A stretch of 64,000 bases of DNA from assembly GCF_009914755.1 (NCBI RefSeq), contig NC_060933.1. One strand, 5' to 3'. Under the pieces are notes generated by a model. It was given only the letters and a program-made list of their open reading frames with translations. It was not told where the DNA came from and made no database searches. Positions 1 through 64,000 of the stretch are shown here, piece by piece. Each line of letters begins with the position of its first letter. Position 1 is the first letter of the stretch. The DNA is from the human T2T-CHM13v2.0 reference genome, Homo sapiens. The translations under genes and the position numbers were made by a program.

Positions 1-881
1 GCTGAACCCCAGAAGTAGGGGGTCTGGGACAGAGGCACAGGGAGTGATGAAGTGGGCCTCCCTCAGGAAGGACTGAAAGCTCTGTTCCCCAGTCCTCTCG
101 ACCCCAACTTTCTGGCTCCCTGCATGACAGGCTCCAGCTTGGGGAGGTGGACCCGGGCCACCCCGCCTACTGCAACTTGCTGGGCCAACTGGGCACAGCC
201 CAGGGCGCAGGTGGCCGGGGAAACACCCTCTGGGGCTGGGCCCATCCCCAGGGTGAGATAGCTCCCCCAGTGCCACCCAGGTAACCGGACAAAGATGTCC
301 AAACCACTACGAGGGCCTGGGGTGGAGCATCTAAGTATGAGGCTGTGTCCTTTTATGACGACCGGGGACTTTGCAATCCTCCACACCCTCCTGTATTCAC
401 AGTAGCCCAGAGTCAGTCCCATTCCACCCCACCGCCCTCCTTCTAGGCAACCCGTGGAGTAGGAAACAGGATTGGGAGGTGGAATCTGTTCCTTAAAAGC
501 TTAGATCCCCTTCAGGGACCCAGATCTATGCTGTGTTCATCCAACAAATCCACTGGGCCGGAAAATTTAAAGCACCTACCCTATGCCAAGCAGTGAACAA
601 GACCCAGTGTCCCCTTGCTCTCATGCAGGTTCATTTCCAAGATTTGGCATGGAATTTACTTCCTGATAACTGCACTGGCCAATTCACAGAAAAAAGATCT
701 CTTTCCTAGTCTTAAAACAAAACACTCTATTCCTGGAAAGGCTCTTATGGAGAACCACGTTTGGCAATTTTCAAGCCATTTCTGGCCATAGAACTTCCTA
801 TATGCACAGACCCTTACGAGGAAGCAGGACTTACATATCAGATACTCAACCACCTTGTCTTGCCCCAAAGAGCCTCATTAG

Positions 882-31828
<30,947 letters not shown>

Positions 31829-32329
31829 ACAGATCCCTCCTCTTCTCGGAGACCTCCCTTTCCAAGCCTGCCTGGACGGCTGTTCTGTGACTTGACAGTG
31901 GCTCCCCCAGCCCCAAAGCCAGCCCCCTTCATCTGTGACTTAATCTGTTGTAGTGGTGAGCTGATACATTCAGGTGTGACCGTTGGTGAAAACTTGTGCC
32001 CCTTCTGTGGTATGCCCTTGCCCTGTTCTATAAATATCTATAAATACTCATATATATACACACCTACACATGGCCAACCGCCTCGCCTCTAGCGCTGGGA
32101 ATCAGTCACTGTGCTATCCTTGTGGAGTCTTGTGGCCCAACTACCAGAGAACGCTGTCCCCCGACATCCCACTCCAAAGTGTGCCACCTCCAGTGAGCCT
32201 CCTTGTCATGCCCGGCCTGTGGACAGCCAGCCCCCGCCATCCCTCCCACCCCCTACCAAGCATGGGGGTGCTGTGCAGGCAGCCGTGTGGCCTGACAGTT
32301 TCTACCAGTCCTGCTGTCCCTCGGCTGAG

Positions 32330-32335
32330 AATAAA
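32330..32335 (+). terminator. DNM1: DNM1 polyadenylation signal AATAAA
   Basis: AATAAA about 500 nt after the stop, followed by a GT/T-rich downstream element (tgctggttgtgttctct). Confidence 0.8.
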
Positions 32336-32956
32336 ACCCATTTCTGGATGATGGGGAATGTCTCCTCTGCTGGTTGTGTTCTCTCTGGAGCTCAGGGGAG
32401 GGGAAGGGCTAAGCCATTACTAGGGTGCTGCTGGGGGTGGTGAAAAGACCACATCTTTTCCAAGGGACATTTTTCCTGGAAAGCCCCTGGAGCTTAGGGG
32501 GCTCTCATCCTGTGAAGCGGGCTCTGGCCACTAGGGGGCAGGGCCATTAACTCAGCCTGGAGGGCGCCGGCAGGGCGGCTGGCATTCTGGAGGGACAGAC
32601 AGAACAGGCCACCAGGCTCAGGCAGGCGAGGGAGGCAGGGGGACAGAATGGAAGACACCTGGGCTGGATGGAAGTCAGTGCCCTTGGGTGCTGGCATCCT
32701 GTCTTCCTGGCCACCGCTAGATCAGGCTTCTGAGCCTGTTGGCCATCGGGGCCAAACTGTCCCCATAGGTACCATGGTAGTCCCCGTGTAATCCCCAAGA
32801 TGTCACCAGGCAGCATACAGGTAACAAGCCTGGAAGGTCCCAACAGCCCAGCTGCACATGCTCAGACACTCTGGGGCTCCCTGTTCAGTGGCACAAACTC
32901 CAGGACCCAGTGAGAGAAACAGGAACACATCAGGCAGAGCAGTATGGCTAAATCCA

Positions 32957-32962
32957 TTTATT
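32957..32962 (-). terminator. GOLGA2: GOLGA2 polyadenylation signal AATAAA
   Basis: TTTATT on + strand about 1.2 kb past the GOLGA2 stop. Confidence 0.75.
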
Positions 32963-33375
32963 CCGAAATAAAAAGCAAAATAAACAGGAGTCGCATCACC
33001 AGGGCGCCACGACCCCATCCCCGCCTCCTTCCTCTGTCCTATGCTATCAATAAATAAGTTTCCCAGCCCCAAATAATTATTAGAACCTCCTCCCCATGTG
33101 CCAGCTCCAACCTCTGCTAGGTATGATACAGGGGGCGGCCCTACCCCTGGAATATACAAAATGTTACACAGATACAATATGTACACTGGGGAAGCAGGGC
33201 CACCCCAGCAGCCCGTGCCCTCGCCTGGTCTACAGTTAGCCCCACTGTCCTGCCTCAGCTGCCTCTCTGTGTAAGAAGATGGGAGCCCCCCTGAGGGAAA
33301 AATTGCTTTGGTGAGAGTAAGGAGGCCATGAGGCCTCTTCCAAAGAGGCCAATTATATGAGCCTCTGGCTATTAA

Positions 33376-33940
<565 letters not shown>

Positions 33941-34180
33941 TAACCTTTTTTATCCCATAACTTTTTTTAATCCCATAACTTTTAATTTTTTTTTAATTTA
34001 GTGGCCAGCTTTTAGATGACAGTGATCTTCACCTCATCTGCACCTGTCTACCCCCGTTAGACAGGGGTCTATGCTTGCTACTGTAAGGGTAAAGGGTTGA
34101 CTGAGAAGGGATGGTAGGGATATGGTGGGGGCAGGGTATCCAGCCCCACTTCTTCAGGCTTTGCTGACAGTAGCCGGCTT

Positions 34181-53090
<18,910 letters not shown>

Positions 53091-53259
53091 CAGCGCGATC
53101 CCGGCAACCACTGCGGAAGTCAGTCAGCCACCGCGCAGCTGTGCGACGGAGCCAGAGGAGGCGTAACCAGGGCGATACTGGAGCGCAGAATGGGGGCGTG
53201 GCCTCAAAGATCAAAGCCCATTGGTCAATGAGAAATATGAAGCGGAAGGGGGCGTGGCT

Positions 53260-63148
<9,889 letters not shown>

Positions 63149-64000
63149 GTGAGTAGTTGGGACTCCAGAGCCACAAGCAGGCATCATAGGGTGTCGTCTC
63201 GCCTAGGGGTGTTGGGTTTTGCTCCTGGGCCTCCCAGCTTGCCAACCGTCACACCCTCAGCAGTTGGCCTGCTCCTAGGCTGCCCCAGCCCCTCTCCTGA
63301 CCAGCCTCTGGTCTCCCTGGCCACCTAGGTTTGTTCCTCAAGTACAGAACCTGCTTTGGAGCCGCAGCCAGGTTTGAGCGGGGCTTGCCCATCTGCCAGA
63401 CTGAGAACTCAGGGTCTCCCCAGTCTTCTGGGACCTACTCAGAGTGATCAAGATACCGTCCATGCCTCAAGTGGCTAGCTTGCTAAAGAGGCTGCAAGTG
63501 CAAGGGTGACCCTTTGTGTCTTAAGGAAGTATTTTGTTTCCTCCCTGAACAAAATCTTGCTATCTAGAGGGCTTTAGCCGAGGCACCAACACCTGTATGT
63601 CATGCTGGCTAGGACAGCCTACCTTGGAGGTGAGGAAATGTGCAGGCGGCCCCTACAAACCCTTCAGTTCCATCCCCTGGCTTGGAGTGCTGGGTACTCT
63701 GATGTTCAGCAGCCAGTGACTGCTGGGGTAGTGTTCAGAGCTGGGCTGTCTGCCCAGTTGCTGCGTGAGTTTTGGCACTTGTTGCAGAAATGCCTTCAGC
63801 ATCCAGGATTCCACGGCAGGGAGGGCTTCTCTGTGTTTCACTGGACGATGGGCCCCAGAGGAGGAGAGGAAAAAACTGGAGGTGGGAACTATAGATGGAT
63901 GAAAAGAGCGGGGTGATCAGGGCCCAAGAAGATGGGGGTGTGAGGGGAGTGTAGCCTAGTGGTTAAGAACACAAGCTCAGCCGGGCGCAGTGGCTCACAC

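Overview
Primate (apparently human) genomic DNA, recognised from memory as the DNM1-GOLGA2-SWI5 locus (9q34.11). + strand: the 3' part of dynamin-1 (DNM1), with mutually exclusive 139-nt exons 10b/10a, two 12-nt microexons, PH, GED and PRD exons and several alternative C-terminal tails. Antisense in one DNM1 intron lie MIR199B and MIR3154. - strand: the complete GOLGA2/GM130 gene, tail-to-tail with DNM1 (26 exons sum to 3009 nt = 1002 aa + stop, plus an 81-nt cassette exon and one GC-AG intron). GOLGA2 is head-to-head with SWI5 at a shared CpG island; the last SWI5 exon is outside the window. Introns are very Alu-rich and also hold a 7SL retrocopy and a solo LTR13-like ERVK LTR. I found no wholly new gene. 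The most interesting unexplained structure is in RNA processing: (i) a multi-tail DNM1 3' cassette, including a candidate unannotated 21-nt exon and a possible TG acceptor; (ii) a 188-nt AG-free zone before exon 10a; (iii) a duplicate of the GM130 C-terminal PDZ-ligand codons in its own 3' UTR, in splice phase; (iv) a likely CUG start for SWI5. Exon boundaries were read by eye and frame-checked. Repeat boundaries are approximate and gene/isoform names come from recall, not a database search.
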